In this document: positions 1-9,545 of the stretch, piece after piece | Layout: each line of letters starts with the position of its first letter | How positions within the stretch are numbered: position 1 is the first letter of the stretch | NCBI GenBank assembly: GCA_023247255.1 | Contig: JAHFGV010000009.1 | Coordinates: 2,773 to 66,772, forward strand | From: Candidatus Omnitrophota bacterium | GTDB lineage: Bacteria > Omnitrophota > Gorgyraeia > Aquiviventales > Aquiviventaceae | DNA length: 64,000 bases | Reading direction: 5' to 3' | The notes under the pieces: model-generated | Seen by the model: the letters and a program-made list of their open reading frames with translations, nothing else | Databases searched by the model: none | Told to the model about the DNA's origin: nothing | Made by a program: the position numbers and the translations under genes

Positions 1-901
1 GAAGAGCCATTTGCCTGCGTTTGGCTTCAATCCACGCTACCAGACGTTCCGGTTCGATGAACAGAAGCATCATCGGTGGGAACAAAAAAAGGAAGATGGT
101 CGGCACATGAAGGGTCAGCCATAACATGATCTGGAAGAGGATTCCAAGCCCAATTCCGAAGAGTCGGGTGCGTTGCACAAACCACAATATCGGTATCGTC
201 ATTTCAAATGCTAGCAGGGTGATTCCTAGTCCATAGCACAATCCAGGATGCTCACCGAGCCACGCGCGTAAGGGAAAATCCCGCACCACCCCGATTGCAG
301 GATAATGAATCAAGGTGTAGTAAGGATTCCCCGTCAACCAGTTACCCCCACCGGTTATTTTGCTGAGTGCGGTATACACGAAGGTCCAAGCCAATTGAAG
401 CTGGAGCATGCGTTGGATGAAGATGGGGCGTAGACGCCGGTGGGCTTGTGTGTCCGTGCGCCGCAAGCTGTCCAAAGACAAGAAATCCCCATGATAGTTC
501 GTGACACTCATCAGAAAAAGGCTCACCAGCAAGATGTCGAAGCTCAACGTCCCGATATGGTAGTCATTGAGCGCGTAAAAGTAATAGCAAACCAACGTCA
601 TCAGGATACAGCTAATCTGCGACCATAGGCCAAGCGTAAACAGTGTGAGGGTGACGTAGAAAGCCACGACGAATAATCCCACTACCCAATCAGGGCTAGC
701 TTCCACAACCCGCAGTATTGCTATGGGAAAGAAAGAAAAATTCTTGGTTTTAAAAGCGCTGGACAAGTAATTCTCATCCAGACGAAGCAGGGAAGGGATG
801 ACGTGTGCCCCTACGGTGAAGGCCATGGCCAGTCGAAACAAAGACAGACTGATGGATGGCCGTTCCACCAGGAAAGCCCGATGCCAAAGGGTGCGGATCA
901 T
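1..901 (-). CDS. HTTM-domain (vitamin K-dependent gamma-carboxylase-like) membrane protein, runs off the window edge
   Basis: Manual translation from ATG 901 (GGAG upstream): MIRTLWHRAFLVERPSISLSLFRLAMA...GDFLSLDSL...LQLQLAWTFVYTALSKI...NWLTG...AFEMTIP; multi-TM pattern typical of HTTM; absent from ORF track because it is open at the edge. Confidence 0.75.
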   Translation of the reverse strand, partial: MIRTLWHRAFLVERPSISLSLFRLAMAFTVGAHVIPSLLRLDENYLSSAFKTKNFSFFPIAILRVVEASPDWVVGLFVVAFYVTLTLFTLGLWSQISCILMTLVCYYFYALNDYHIGTLSFDILLVSLFLMSVTNYHGDFLSLDSLRRTDTQAHRRLRPIFIQRMLQLQLAWTFVYTALSKITGGGNWLTGNPYYTLIHYPAIGVVRDFPLRAWLGEHPGLCYGLGITLLAFEMTIPILWFVQRTRLFGIGLGILFQIMLWLTLHVPTIFLFLFPPMMLLFIEPERLVAWIEAKRRQMAL

Positions 902-950
902 CTGTACTCCATTTCAAAACCCACGGTATTGCGGGTTTCAGATTTTAGAT

Positions 951-1032
951 TAGGCCTATGCACTTCACGCAACTCGCAAGCGGCTCGCTCAACATGTGCA
1001 TGAGGCAAGGTGGCGTCAAGTGCATAGGCCTA
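951..1032. mobile_element. 82-bp MITE with terminal inverted repeats and target-site duplication
   Basis: TAGGCCTATGCACTT (951-965) is the exact reverse complement of 1018-1032; TTTTAGAT is repeated directly at 943-950 and 1033-1040. Confidence 0.85.
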
Positions 1033-1139
1033 TTTTAGATTGTGGATGAGCTCGTCAATCACGAGGTGCACCCCGTCTTGAGGTTTTCCGGCCTGTGATA
1101 AGGAAAGCCTTGCCGTCCGTCTCCATGCCGCAGGTGGAA

Positions 1140-2276
1140 TTAGATTCCGTACAGATCGATTCTTCCGATGAATACTCGAACAATCTCGGCCGGTGCAGAG
1201 ATGGTCAGCGGAAGATGCGCATCCACCCATGCTCTCGGCACGATGAACATCAGACGCGTGCCCTCACGCTGGAAATAGGCATGCTGCCATGTGTTGAGCA
1301 TCGCTTCGGCCTCATCAGGAAATAGGCCGTTAGCAACAAGGGCCTCTCGGAGCGACCCACGCAGTCGTCCGACGTTTTCGGCGCTCAGGGTCTGATCAGG
1401 AAAGTCCGCTGAGACTTCTGCTAAGACCGCTTCTGGGTCGGCGGTGAGCGTCAAGGCTCCAAGTTCCTTGAAGGCTAACCGACCATTCGGACCCACCCGC
1501 ACTAGCCACACGCTTGGGAGCGTCAATCCAGCCCCAGAAGAATCCGTTGGACTCAGCAAGGTCACTTGCCGGGTCTGCATGGTGTGTTTGGTTCGTAACA
1601 GCGAGTTAAGGTGTGCGACACCGCGCTAGAACAGGTAGCGTTCGCTCTCCCCGTTGTGGGCACGGACGTCAACGGCCTGAACTTGTCTTGGCGCCGTCCA
1701 TTGCACGTGATCCGTCTTTGGTCCAGGCCACGGGCCTCCCAGCGAGAGATTCCACCATTGGAGTTTGCCCACTGTCCGTTCTGAGAGCTCCGTCGTCTCT
1801 GCTCGTTCTGCGCCTTTGGATTGGTGGAATCGGATGCCCTCGTAGGAGGTGTTCGCATCGGGGTAGAACTCATTCAGGAGGCCGCCTCGAAATTCCACGC
1901 TCACGTTGACTGGCTGCGTCTGATCGAACGAGGCCGAGGGATGGAAGTACAGCACCGGGGTCTCAAGCCGCATGGTAACACTCTCGTTGCGATTGGTTGG
2001 ATGAAGCCCTTTATCGACGTCCCTTAACACGTCATCTTTGATGCGGTGGACAAAATCGGGAACGGCTTCCGTGGCTTCGATGACATTCATACCGCCAGCG
2101 ACAAACCCGTTATTGTAGTGTTGGCTGGTGATCGTGCCCCATTCATGGATCACGAGCGATGGCTCGTCCTGCGCTCATGCCTGAGTTGGCGTCGACAGAA
2201 CGGCTGCGACTGTAAACAAAACGCTCAGCCACTGCGGATTCTCTTCGACACTCCTCAGCCGATTCCTTATGTTCAT
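1140..2276 (-). pseudogene. Secreted hypothetical protein (HEWGT motif) broken by two in-frame stops
   Basis: ATG 2276 with GGAGG; signal peptide ...TQA-TGA(2175-2177)-AQDE; ...ERYLF-TAG(1626-1628)-RGVAH; ORFs 1626..2153 and 1140..1580 share one frame. Confidence 0.75.
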
Positions 2277-2449
2277 GAGTACCCTCCGGTTTTCATCCTC
2301 AGCGTGTTAGCTCCCCGAGCGTTCGAGGGGCTGGGAACAGTCGCCAGGCGTTGGCGTGGCGTCTGATAGTCCAGCGATTCATGGAGCCGCTCCGCTTCAT
2401 ACCAGATGCGGTAGAGCTGCCAGGCGACCTGGCCCTCGGCCAGCATCGA
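2273..2449 (-). pseudogene. Transposase integrase-core C-terminal fragment (IS3/IS481-like)
   Basis: Translates SMLAEGQVAWQLYRIWYEAERLHESLDYQTPRQR, resembling the Y-N-x-x-R-x-H-x-S-L-x-Y-x-T-P motif. Confidence 0.55.
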
Positions 2450-2473
2450 GGAGTTACTGTTTTCCGCAGCCTG

Positions 2474-2932
2474 CTAATAGTCACAACGATACGCGAGTTG
2501 CCGGCGAACGTCATCCGGACTCTCGATGAGGTCCGGATACTGGGCGTACACTACTGCAAACGATTTGAAGGATGGAAACTTCCAATTCAAATAACGGCAG
2601 AATCTGGGAGCGTCTTCGTTCGAGAGCACACCGATAAGAACGTTACGCCGAATGTTATCGTAGCCGATAGCGCGGGTAGGAAAAATCTCATGAGGATCCA
2701 AGGGAATACCGGTGTTGTCTCTGATTCCATAAACCTCTGCGAATCCATAAGACTTTCCCACGTGAAAGAACATGATCCAACCTGCCGGAGGAAATAAAAG
2801 AGGTATTCTGGGTAGTTCGCGTTTAAAAAATGGACTGAGATAATTGAGCCGAAAAGTCTGGTAATGGAACACGAGCGTCCAGAGGATGACAAACAGGGTA
2901 ATAACCCTATGCCGCAATCGAAGGGTTACCAT
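2474..2932 (-). CDS. Membrane-anchored hypothetical protein, probable HTTM partner
   Basis: 152 aa ORF, N-terminal TM helix, GWxMF motif, same strand upstream of the HTTM gene. Confidence 0.6.
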   Translation of the reverse strand: MVTLRLRHRVITLFVILWTLVFHYQTFRLNYLSPFFKRELPRIPLLFPPAGWIMFFHVGKSYGFAEVYGIRDNTGIPLDPHEIFPTRAIGYDNIRRNVLIGVLSNEDAPRFCRYLNWKFPSFKSFAVVYAQYPDLIESPDDVRRQLAYRCDY

Positions 2933-3001
2933 AGCAAAGAGTATACTCCTTTGCCTGTTCCTGAGTTATTCCTATTATTGCGCTAGAAACTTGATACCGC
3001 C

Positions 3002-3104
3002 TCTTGTAATCTGTTCTCCCACGCCCCACGTCTCCCGCCCCCTGCCCCTGTCTTTAATTCCCCTTGCCTCTAGTTTTAACTCCCTCGCCCCGTGCACTCA
3101 CGCC
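3002..3104. repeat. C-rich heptamer array, related to arms at 8495-8745
   Basis: 3071-3091 matches 8711-8731 at 20/21 nt; TCTTGTAATCT (3002-3012) is the reverse complement of 8584-8594. Confidence 0.7.
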
Positions 3105-3413
3105 TTAAGCGAAGACGAGTTTCTCGGCATTCTATTAGGCTTAAGGGATGTGGAACCGGATACTGTTGTCGTATTCCAGATAAGTGTTGATTTTATCAGA
3201 CAGCTTTCAGAGAAGATTTAAGAGAAGAAAGCCATTAACAGACTGAGGAAGAACCCTTAACCCTGAACCGACTGGTATTTTTCAGCATCCTGTTAGTGCT
3301 CAATCCTCATCCCAAAGATCTTCCATGCTTTTCACGGGTTAGTTTTTTAACCCATCTGTTTTCAAGTAGTTATACATCAAGAAATGTATTTATTAAGTTT
3401 CTTGTCTGAGTTC

Positions 3414-3429
3414 TGGTACGTAACCTGCT
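3414..3429 (+). promoter_or_regulatory. sigma54 -24/-12 promoter of the glycan operon
   Basis: TGGTACG-TAAC-CTGCT; IHF-like TTTCAAGTAGTTA at 3360-3372. Confidence 0.7.
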
Positions 3430-3476
3430 TACATAGACTGTCACAGACTGTCCTAGTAGAAGGAGGCTATAGAAGT

Positions 3477-3659
3477 ATGCTCGATGGTCGGCTTACAATT
3501 ACAGAAGTAGCACAACAGCTAGGGGTTACGCCAAAGACAATCATGCGCTGGGAAAAATCAGGAAAGATCAAGCGGGCTAAGCGGGATTGGAAAGGTTGGC
3601 GGATTTACTCCCATGAAGAACTCCAAGAGATGAAGAGTTTTGTCGAAACAGTTTATTAA
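3477..3659 (+). CDS. Small MerR-type HTH DNA-binding protein
   Basis: AGGAGG RBS; LTITEVAQQLGVTPKTIMRWEKSG...R..GWRIYS. Confidence 0.85.
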   Translation: MLDGRLTITEVAQQLGVTPKTIMRWEKSGKIKRAKRDWKGWRIYSHEELQEMKSFVETVY

Positions 3660-3673
3660 AAAGTGAGGAAGCT

Positions 3674-4612
3674 ATGATCAAACATCGCTTATGGTTACGC
3701 TTGTTAGAGGCATCCTGTGGGCTGTTGTTGGTTACGGTCACAAACGCCCCGGTTTCAGCCGAGCAGGACGAAAATCCACTCTATCCATCCAATTCTGATC
3801 AATCGAAGAGTGCCTCATCTACCACTACCTCCGGGCCCATTATTGGCTACAAACCTATTCCCGAAAGCGCGCTGAGCGTGGTCATCCCTGCAAATGCTCA
3901 GGTTGCTGCATCTTCGAGTCCTGCGACGCCGCAGCTTAGGAGTTCTGTAGCAGCGGTAACTTCCGCATCCACCGTCCAGCCGAGTCCAAGCGTTTCCCCA
4001 TTGCCAGTGGTTTATCAGACTGGCGTGGTGGGAGAGGGGTTTTACACATTGGGCCGCGATGACGTGATCCGGATCGGCGTCCAGAACCAGCCGGAGTTTT
4101 CCGGAGATTTCATGATCGGATTTGATGGGCGCATTCAGTACAACTACCTGGGCGATATTCCCATTGCGGGAATGACGAAGTACGAAGTGAAACAAGTGCT
4201 GGAGCAATTGCTCGAGCAATACGTCCGTGTTCCGGTGGTAAACATCATGATTGTCGCCTATAACTCGAAAGTCGTCTATGTCATTGGCGAGGTGCACCAG
4301 CCGGGGAAGTTCATCATGCGGGGTGACCAAATCAAGTTGCGTGAGGCGATTCTGGCGGCTGGCCTTCCCAACAGCCGGGCAGCCCTGCAACGGGTTCATG
4401 TGATCCAACCCGATTTGGAGAAGCCACGCGTGCGCGTCATCAACGTTAAAAGAATTCTCTACAAGGGTAATCTCAAGTATGACATTGATCTGAGTGCCGG
4501 GGAGATTGTTGTTGTGCCATCCACCGTGCTCAGCAAGGTGAACGATTTTCTGGCGGCGCTACTGAGTCCTGTGACCCGGGCCGCATCGGTGGCTGCCCTG
4601 GCGGCTATGTGA
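3674..4612 (+). CDS. Polysaccharide export protein (Wza/OPX, SLBB domain)
   Basis: YTLGRDDVIRI...DGRIQYNYLGDIPIAGMT; VYVIGEVHQPG. Confidence 0.9.
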   Translation: MIKHRLWLRLLEASCGLLLVTVTNAPVSAEQDENPLYPSNSDQSKSASSTTTSGPIIGYKPIPESALSVVIPANAQVAASSSPATPQLRSSVAAVTSASTVQPSPSVSPLPVVYQTGVVGEGFYTLGRDDVIRIGVQNQPEFSGDFMIGFDGRIQYNYLGDIPIAGMTKYEVKQVLEQLLEQYVRVPVVNIMIVAYNSKVVYVIGEVHQPGKFIMRGDQIKLREAILAAGLPNSRAALQRVHVIQPDLEKPRVRVINVKRILYKGNLKYDIDLSAGEIVVVPSTVLSKVNDFLAALLSPVTRAASVAALAAM

Positions 4613-4630
4613 CAGGGGATGTGAGGGAGG

Positions 4631-4717
4631 GTTAGCGGGTCGGCGAGTGAGCGCGTTAGCCCGTTAACACGCAAACGCGACAACTCGCTCACACGCAAAC
4701 CTACTGACTCGTAAACC
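4631..4717. repeat. Palindromic octamer array (GTTAGCGS family)
   Basis: GTTAGCGG GTCGGCGA GTGAGCGC GTTAGCCC GTTAAC followed by reverse-complement-type units. Confidence 0.8.
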
Positions 4718-4741
4718 ACTCTGTTGTTTATTGCTGAGGAG

Positions 4742-6262
4742 ATGATGGTTCAAACTGAGACGTCAATTGGCTGGCAGGATTATCTGACGATCGTCTTTCG
4801 TCGTCGGTGGTACTTCCTGATTCCCTGCGCTCTTATCGTTATAGCGATTCTGATCGTCGGGTTTTTCCTTCCCAAGATCTACCGGGCGGAGACGCTGTTG
4901 CTTGTCGAGGAACGGCAGGTGATGAACCCCCTCATTCAAGGGCTTGTCGTTTCCACATCGGTCGATCAGCGGATGCGTATCCTGCGTGAGGAATTGCTTA
5001 GCTGGACGAGCCTCAGCCGTTTGGTGACGGAACTCGGTTTGGACAAAGGCGTCAAAAGTCCCTTGGCTTTTGAACGTCTCATCAAGCGGCTGCAAAAAGA
5101 CATCACCGTGAAAATGCGCGGGCATGATCTGGTCACCGTTTCCTACGAAGAGCAGAATCCTCACCTTGCCCAGAAATTGGTCAACACCATCACTAACCTC
5201 TATATGGAGCGCAACATCCAATCGCAGAGCACCGAGGCGGAGACGGCGATCAGCTTTATTGAAAAGGAATTGGCGATCTATCGGAAGAAGCTGGAGGATT
5301 CGGAGAAGAACTTGCGGGATTTCAAAGAGCTTTACATCACACAGATGCCGGTGGCGAATGAATTAAATCAACAGATCATTCAACTGGAGATTTTCCTGGC
5401 TGGGCTTTTGGTGGATAACACCGAACAGCATCCCACCGTGGTTCAGACGAAACGGCGCATTCAGGAGCTGAGGGAAAAACGAAACTCCGAAATCCGTCGG
5501 GTGGTCGCTCAAGCGGTCGTGGGGGGTGGGGATTCCGAATTTTATCAGCAGATGGCTCAATCGTTGGAGGATCCGGTTGCCGACGAATCCGCTTTAAGCC
5601 CTACGGTCCGCACGGCACGAGAAGCTTATCGAGCTTGGGTCGAGCGCTTGGACAGTCCCTCGACGATTCCCCAGTCTTCCGTTACGCCTGTGCAAGTCAT
5701 TGCTTCTACCCCTAAAGAAGGGGAGCAGCCTTCGTTCGAAGTGATCGGCGGTAACGGAGCTGCCTCCGTTTCTTTAGGTCCCCGCCAGGAGCAAGAACTG
5801 GCGCGTTTGACCCGTGATTATCAGGTGAACCAGTGGAACTACAACAATCTGTCGCAACGCTTGGAGCGTGCCAAGATTACTCAGAGGCTGGGTGAGTCGG
5901 ATGAAGGCACGAAGTTCAAGGTGCTGGAACCGGCCCGTCTACCGCTTAAACCGATACGCCCGAATTTTATAAAACTCTTTTTCCTCGCGCTCTTTTTGGG
6001 TATGAGTATTGGAGCGGGAGTGGCTTTTATCGCCGAATATCTGGACCAGTCTTTTCAATCTGCGGAAGAACTGGAAGCGGCCTTGGCCGTACCCGTTCTG
6101 GGGAGTATTTCCACCATCGTGACCGAAGGGGATATCGAGGCCAGGCGGACGCGCCTGAAAACGTGGGTGTCTTGGAAGATTCAACGGAAACGATTTCAAG
6201 ATCACGTGGTTAGTCCCATCTGGTCTCGCATCGACCGTGTTCTTGTGCGTTTGGGATTGTAA
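4742..6262 (+). CDS. Polysaccharide co-polymerase / chain-length determinant (Wzz/GumC type)
   Basis: DYLTIVFRRRW, two TM segments, coiled coil, FKVLEPARLPLKPIRPN. Confidence 0.9.
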   Translation: MMVQTETSIGWQDYLTIVFRRRWYFLIPCALIVIAILIVGFFLPKIYRAETLLLVEERQVMNPLIQGLVVSTSVDQRMRILREELLSWTSLSRLVTELGLDKGVKSPLAFERLIKRLQKDITVKMRGHDLVTVSYEEQNPHLAQKLVNTITNLYMERNIQSQSTEAETAISFIEKELAIYRKKLEDSEKNLRDFKELYITQMPVANELNQQIIQLEIFLAGLLVDNTEQHPTVVQTKRRIQELREKRNSEIRRVVAQAVVGGGDSEFYQQMAQSLEDPVADESALSPTVRTAREAYRAWVERLDSPSTIPQSSVTPVQVIASTPKEGEQPSFEVIGGNGAASVSLGPRQEQELARLTRDYQVNQWNYNNLSQRLERAKITQRLGESDEGTKFKVLEPARLPLKPIRPNFIKLFFLALFLGMSIGAGVAFIAEYLDQSFQSAEELEAALAVPVLGSISTIVTEGDIEARRTRLKTWVSWKIQRKRFQDHVVSPIWSRIDRVLVRLGL

Positions 6263-7095
6263 TGCAAATGTACGAATCCTTCTACGGTCTTAAAGAAAAG
6301 CCTTTCAGTATGACGCCGGATCCGCGGTATTTCTATCCTTCGGCTAAGCACCAGGATGCGTTAAACCATATGGTCTACGCGATCCAGGAGCGCCGCGGAT
6401 TTGTCGTCGTCACCGGGGACATCGGTTCCGGCAAAACGACCCTCTCGCGCGTTCTCTTCCAGAAGCTGGATCCGGGCACTCAGACAGCGGTCATACGCAA
6501 CACGCAACTGACGGCCAAGGATTTGGTAGCCATGACGTTAGACGAGTTGGAAATTCCGTATGCCCCCGGCAGAACGAAGATGCAATTGATCGGCCTGTTA
6601 AACGAGTTTCTCATCCAACAGCTTAAGGACAATGCCAACGTCGTGCTTTTGATTGATGAAGCACAAAATCTCAAGCCCGCAGTCTTGGAAGAGGTCCGCA
6701 TGCTTTCCAACCTAGAGACGGAGAGGGAAAAGCTCATTCAGATTATCCTCATGGGTCAGCCGGAGCTTAAATCGACTCTGTGGTTAAAGTCGCTCACGCA
6801 ATTGCGTCAGCGCATTACGCTCCATTATCACCTGGCGCCTTTGGGTCAAGCGGAGATGGCGATTTACATTGGCCATCGGCTTCATGTCGCCGGCGCCAAT
6901 GGATTACCCATCTTCCGCTGTGATACCTTCCCGCAGATCTTTCACCACACTCAAGGGGTTCCCCGTCTCATTAACGCGATATGTGATCGGGCGCTTCTGA
7001 CCGGTTACATCAACGAGACCAAGACCATCGGCTCCGACGTCATTGACGAAGTCGCGCGCGAGCTTCCAGCACTGATGGAGCAACCCACCGCATGA
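6262..7095 (+). CDS. ExeA-like AAA ATPase (PEP-CTERM/EPS associated)
   Basis: MYESFYGLKEKPFSMTPDP, GDIGSGKT, LLIDEAQNL, GVPRLIN. Confidence 0.9.
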   Translation: MQMYESFYGLKEKPFSMTPDPRYFYPSAKHQDALNHMVYAIQERRGFVVVTGDIGSGKTTLSRVLFQKLDPGTQTAVIRNTQLTAKDLVAMTLDELEIPYAPGRTKMQLIGLLNEFLIQQLKDNANVVLLIDEAQNLKPAVLEEVRMLSNLETEREKLIQIILMGQPELKSTLWLKSLTQLRQRITLHYHLAPLGQAEMAIYIGHRLHVAGANGLPIFRCDTFPQIFHHTQGVPRLINAICDRALLTGYINETKTIGSDVIDEVARELPALMEQPTA

Positions 7096-7140
7096 ACGTA
7101 ATAAACGTAACACGTGACATGTTCACGTAACACGTAGCGA

Positions 7141-7402
7141 GGAACAGAAAAATACCCCTGGCTATCGGAAACTCCAGGGGTGGCAAGCTGCCATCGTCTG
7201 GCACATGAGGTTTATCGAGTTACCAGAAACTTCCCCCAAGAAGAACGGTTTGGAATAGTTGCCCAATGTAAGATGGGCTGCGCTTTCTGTGCCTACACAT
7301 TTAGTTGAAGGCCATGCTCGTGCTGGAAAACGAGAGCTGAGACGGTTCGTCGCTATGGCGCTCGGTTCGTTGGCAGAAGTCGAGTATCTCTTAGAACTGG
7401 GC
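7141..7402 (+). pseudogene. Four-helix-bundle (23S rRNA IVP/Avd-like) pseudogene
   Basis: Frameshifted pieces GYRKLQGWQAA / HRLAHEVYRVTRNFP / EERFG / VRWAALSVPTHLVEGHAR...ELRRF..MALGSLAEVEYLL parallel the intact copy at 9570; 3' end missing. Confidence 0.85.
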
Positions 7403-7630
7403 TTTTGCAAAAATAGCCAACGCGTTGACCGAGTGTTGTGTCATTTCCCAAGAGAAGGTAATGAGGATTGTGTCATGTTTCATGAGTCATGTGTCATGAA
7501 AAAAGCAGAAAATAAACAGGCATATCAAGCACGGCCAAAGTACGCCTTTTGCTTTCCATGACACATAACACATGACTCATGAAACAGACGTGAGCGCTGC
7601 CACTAATCTCGATGCATTTTGCAAAACCTC
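7399..7630. mobile_element. MITE-like insert with imperfect 14-bp TIRs
   Basis: GGGCTTTTGCAAAA (7399-7412) and TTTTGCAAAACCTC (7617-7630); no clear TSD. Confidence 0.55.
7432..7587 (-). repeat. About 150-bp palindromic element with (TGTCATG)n/(CATGACA)n arms, copy 1
   Basis: Reverse complement matches 61307-61454; 74/75 nt identity across the core. Confidence 0.95.
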
Positions 7631-7661
7631 TGTCACTTGTTACGTGTTACGGGAGTAACGA

Positions 7662-8582
7662 ATGAGCAAAATCACTCAGGCCCTTGAGAAGGCGGCGCGG
7701 GAGAGGCTCCAGCGCGAGAAGGAACAAGTTACAGTCGCTGCCAAGGAAACCACGATTCCCTTGGCCGCTTCGGCTCTTTCCGATATCGCCTCTGCGGGAG
7801 AGATCCAGATCGATTCCCACATTGTGGGAGCTACCGATTCGCAGTCTCCTATCGCTGAGCAATACCGCATCCTGCGCACTAATCTCCAGTCCTTGCGCTT
7901 TCAGTCGAGTCCAAAGGCCATCGTCATCACAAGCTCCGTGCATGGGGAAGGCAAGTCCGTGACTGCCCTCAATCTGGCCTTGGCTTTTTCCCGTCAAGAA
8001 AATCTCCGCGTAGTGCTCGTCGATGGGGATCTGCGCAAGGGTACGATTTGGAAATGGTTAGGTCTGCCTGAGCGTAGCGACGGTCTTGCGAGTGTGCTGC
8101 AAAGTGGCGGCCAGCTTAACGGTTCATTGGTGCGATTGCATCAGCCACCCCTGACGATTCTTCCGGCTGGTCTTGCTCCGGAACATCCTGCTGAGCTTCT
8201 GGAATCTTCCAGTATGAAGCGGCTGATTGGTACGCTGAAGGCTCAGTTCGACTTGGTTCTGATCGACTCTCCTCCTGTGCTTCCGGTTTCCGATCCCGGT
8301 ATTCTGGCCTCTCAGGTGGACGGGGTGTTGTTCGTTGTTCGAGCCGGCAGGACCCAGCGAAAGACGGTGATACAGGCCCAAAATCTCCTCAAGCAGATGA
8401 AGGCAACCTTCTTGGGTTGTGTCTTGACGCATGTGGAGTACTACCTTCCCGGCTATTACCGCTACTACCAGTATCGGTATGGCTCGAAAGAGCAGACAAG
8501 TGGCAAGGGAGTTAAAGACGGGGGCACGGGGCAAGAGACAGGGGGCGAGGGAAGACAAAAAGTACAAAGGAATACAGGTTAA
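7662..8582 (+). CDS. CpsD/CapB-family tyrosine kinase (BY-kinase)
   Basis: AEQYRILRTN, GEGKS, DGDLRK, IDSPP, C-terminal tyrosine cluster YYLPGYYRYYQYRY. Confidence 0.92.
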   Translation: MSKITQALEKAARERLQREKEQVTVAAKETTIPLAASALSDIASAGEIQIDSHIVGATDSQSPIAEQYRILRTNLQSLRFQSSPKAIVITSSVHGEGKSVTALNLALAFSRQENLRVVLVDGDLRKGTIWKWLGLPERSDGLASVLQSGGQLNGSLVRLHQPPLTILPAGLAPEHPAELLESSSMKRLIGTLKAQFDLVLIDSPPVLPVSDPGILASQVDGVLFVVRAGRTQRKTVIQAQNLLKQMKATFLGCVLTHVEYYLPGYYRYYQYRYGSKEQTSGKGVKDGGTGQETGGEGRQKVQRNTG

Positions 8583-8745
8583 AAGATTACAAGATAAGAG
8601 ATGAAAAATACTAGGACCGGTTTTAAAAAAGGACGGGCGATGTCTAACTTTCAAGATTTGTGGGGATCTCTTATCAGTTCCCCCGCCCCCCGCCTCTCAT
8701 CCCCTGCCCCTAGTTTTGACTCCCTCGCCCCACGTCCCTTGCCCC
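8495..8745. repeat. Inverted G-rich/C-rich heptamer arms around a short spacer
   Basis: Left arm 8495-8553 lies inside the kinase 3' end; right arm 8680-8745; spacer begins a 51-codon ORF 8601..8756. Confidence 0.75.
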
Positions 8746-8752
8746 ATACTTT

Positions 8753-9541
8753 ATGAGAATGTTGACGTATCTACGTGAACTCTATCGCTACCGGGACCTC
8801 CTCTTCAGCCTAACGGCGCGTGACATTAAGGTGCGCTACCGCCAGACGCTGCTCGGAGTCGCATGGGCGGTTATGCAGCCTCTGGCTTTTATGTTCATCT
8901 TCACCCTGGTGTTTCAGAAATTCGGCAAGGTCAGCTCCGATGGAACCCCCTATCCCTTATTCTCTTATACGGGCCTTGTTCCGTGGACCTTTTTCTCGAC
9001 CAGCCTTGGGCTTGCCGTCAACTCGATTGCAGGCAACATGAGCCTTGTCAAGAAAGTCTATTTCCCCAAAGAGGTTTTTCCCATCGGTGTGGTTCTGGCA
9101 TGCTTCGTGGATTTCCTCATCGCCTCGAGTCTGGTAGGGGGGCTTTTAATGTTCTACCGGTTTCCGGTCAACGTGCAGATAATCTGGATTCCGTGGCTCA
9201 TCGGTCTTGAAATCGTTTTTTTGATCGGTATCAGTCTGCTTGTCTCTAGCCTGAACGTTTTCTTTCGAGACGTTAAATACATCGTTCCCCTGGCGGTGCA
9301 GCTCTTGATGTTCACCACCCCGGTTATCTATCCCACCTCGATGGTGCCTGAGCCTCTGCGGCGCTACTTTCTCCTCAATCCCATGGCTGTTGTTGTCGAT
9401 GGGGTGCGTCGTGTAGTCTTGCACGGACAACCCCCTGAGCTTGGGCCTCTCGTGCTTAGCACGGCGCTTGTCGGTCTCTTCGTTGGTCTCGCCTATGGTT
9501 ACTTCAAGCGCGTCGAAGTACGTTTTGCAGACCTCATCTAA
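8753..9541 (+). CDS. wzm: ABC-2 polysaccharide exporter permease
   Basis: RDIKVRYRQTLLGVAWAVMQPL, KKVYFP, TPVIYP, LNPM. Confidence 0.92.
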   Translation: MRMLTYLRELYRYRDLLFSLTARDIKVRYRQTLLGVAWAVMQPLAFMFIFTLVFQKFGKVSSDGTPYPLFSYTGLVPWTFFSTSLGLAVNSIAGNMSLVKKVYFPKEVFPIGVVLACFVDFLIASSLVGGLLMFYRFPVNVQIIWIPWLIGLEIVFLIGISLLVSSLNVFFRDVKYIVPLAVQLLMFTTPVIYPTSMVPEPLRRYFLLNPMAVVVDGVRRVVLHGQPPELGPLVLSTALVGLFVGLAYGYFKRVEVRFADLI

Positions 9542-9545
9542 AAGC

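Larger units (their letters stand above)
7096..7651. mobile_element. Decayed cassette with inverted (ACGTAAC)n/(GTTACGT)n arms
   Basis: Left arm 7096-7139, right arm 7631-7651; encloses a four-helix-bundle pseudogene and a nested insert. Confidence 0.65.

Noticed and set aside
1140-2276. Alternative genetic code or stop-codon readthrough
   Set aside because: TGA and TAG both terminate conserved genes in this window (murD TGA, rsmH TAG); pseudogenisation is simpler
2886-3221. 111-aa ORF
   Set aside because: Composition is explained by translation of the C-rich repeat, and it overlaps the regulatory region
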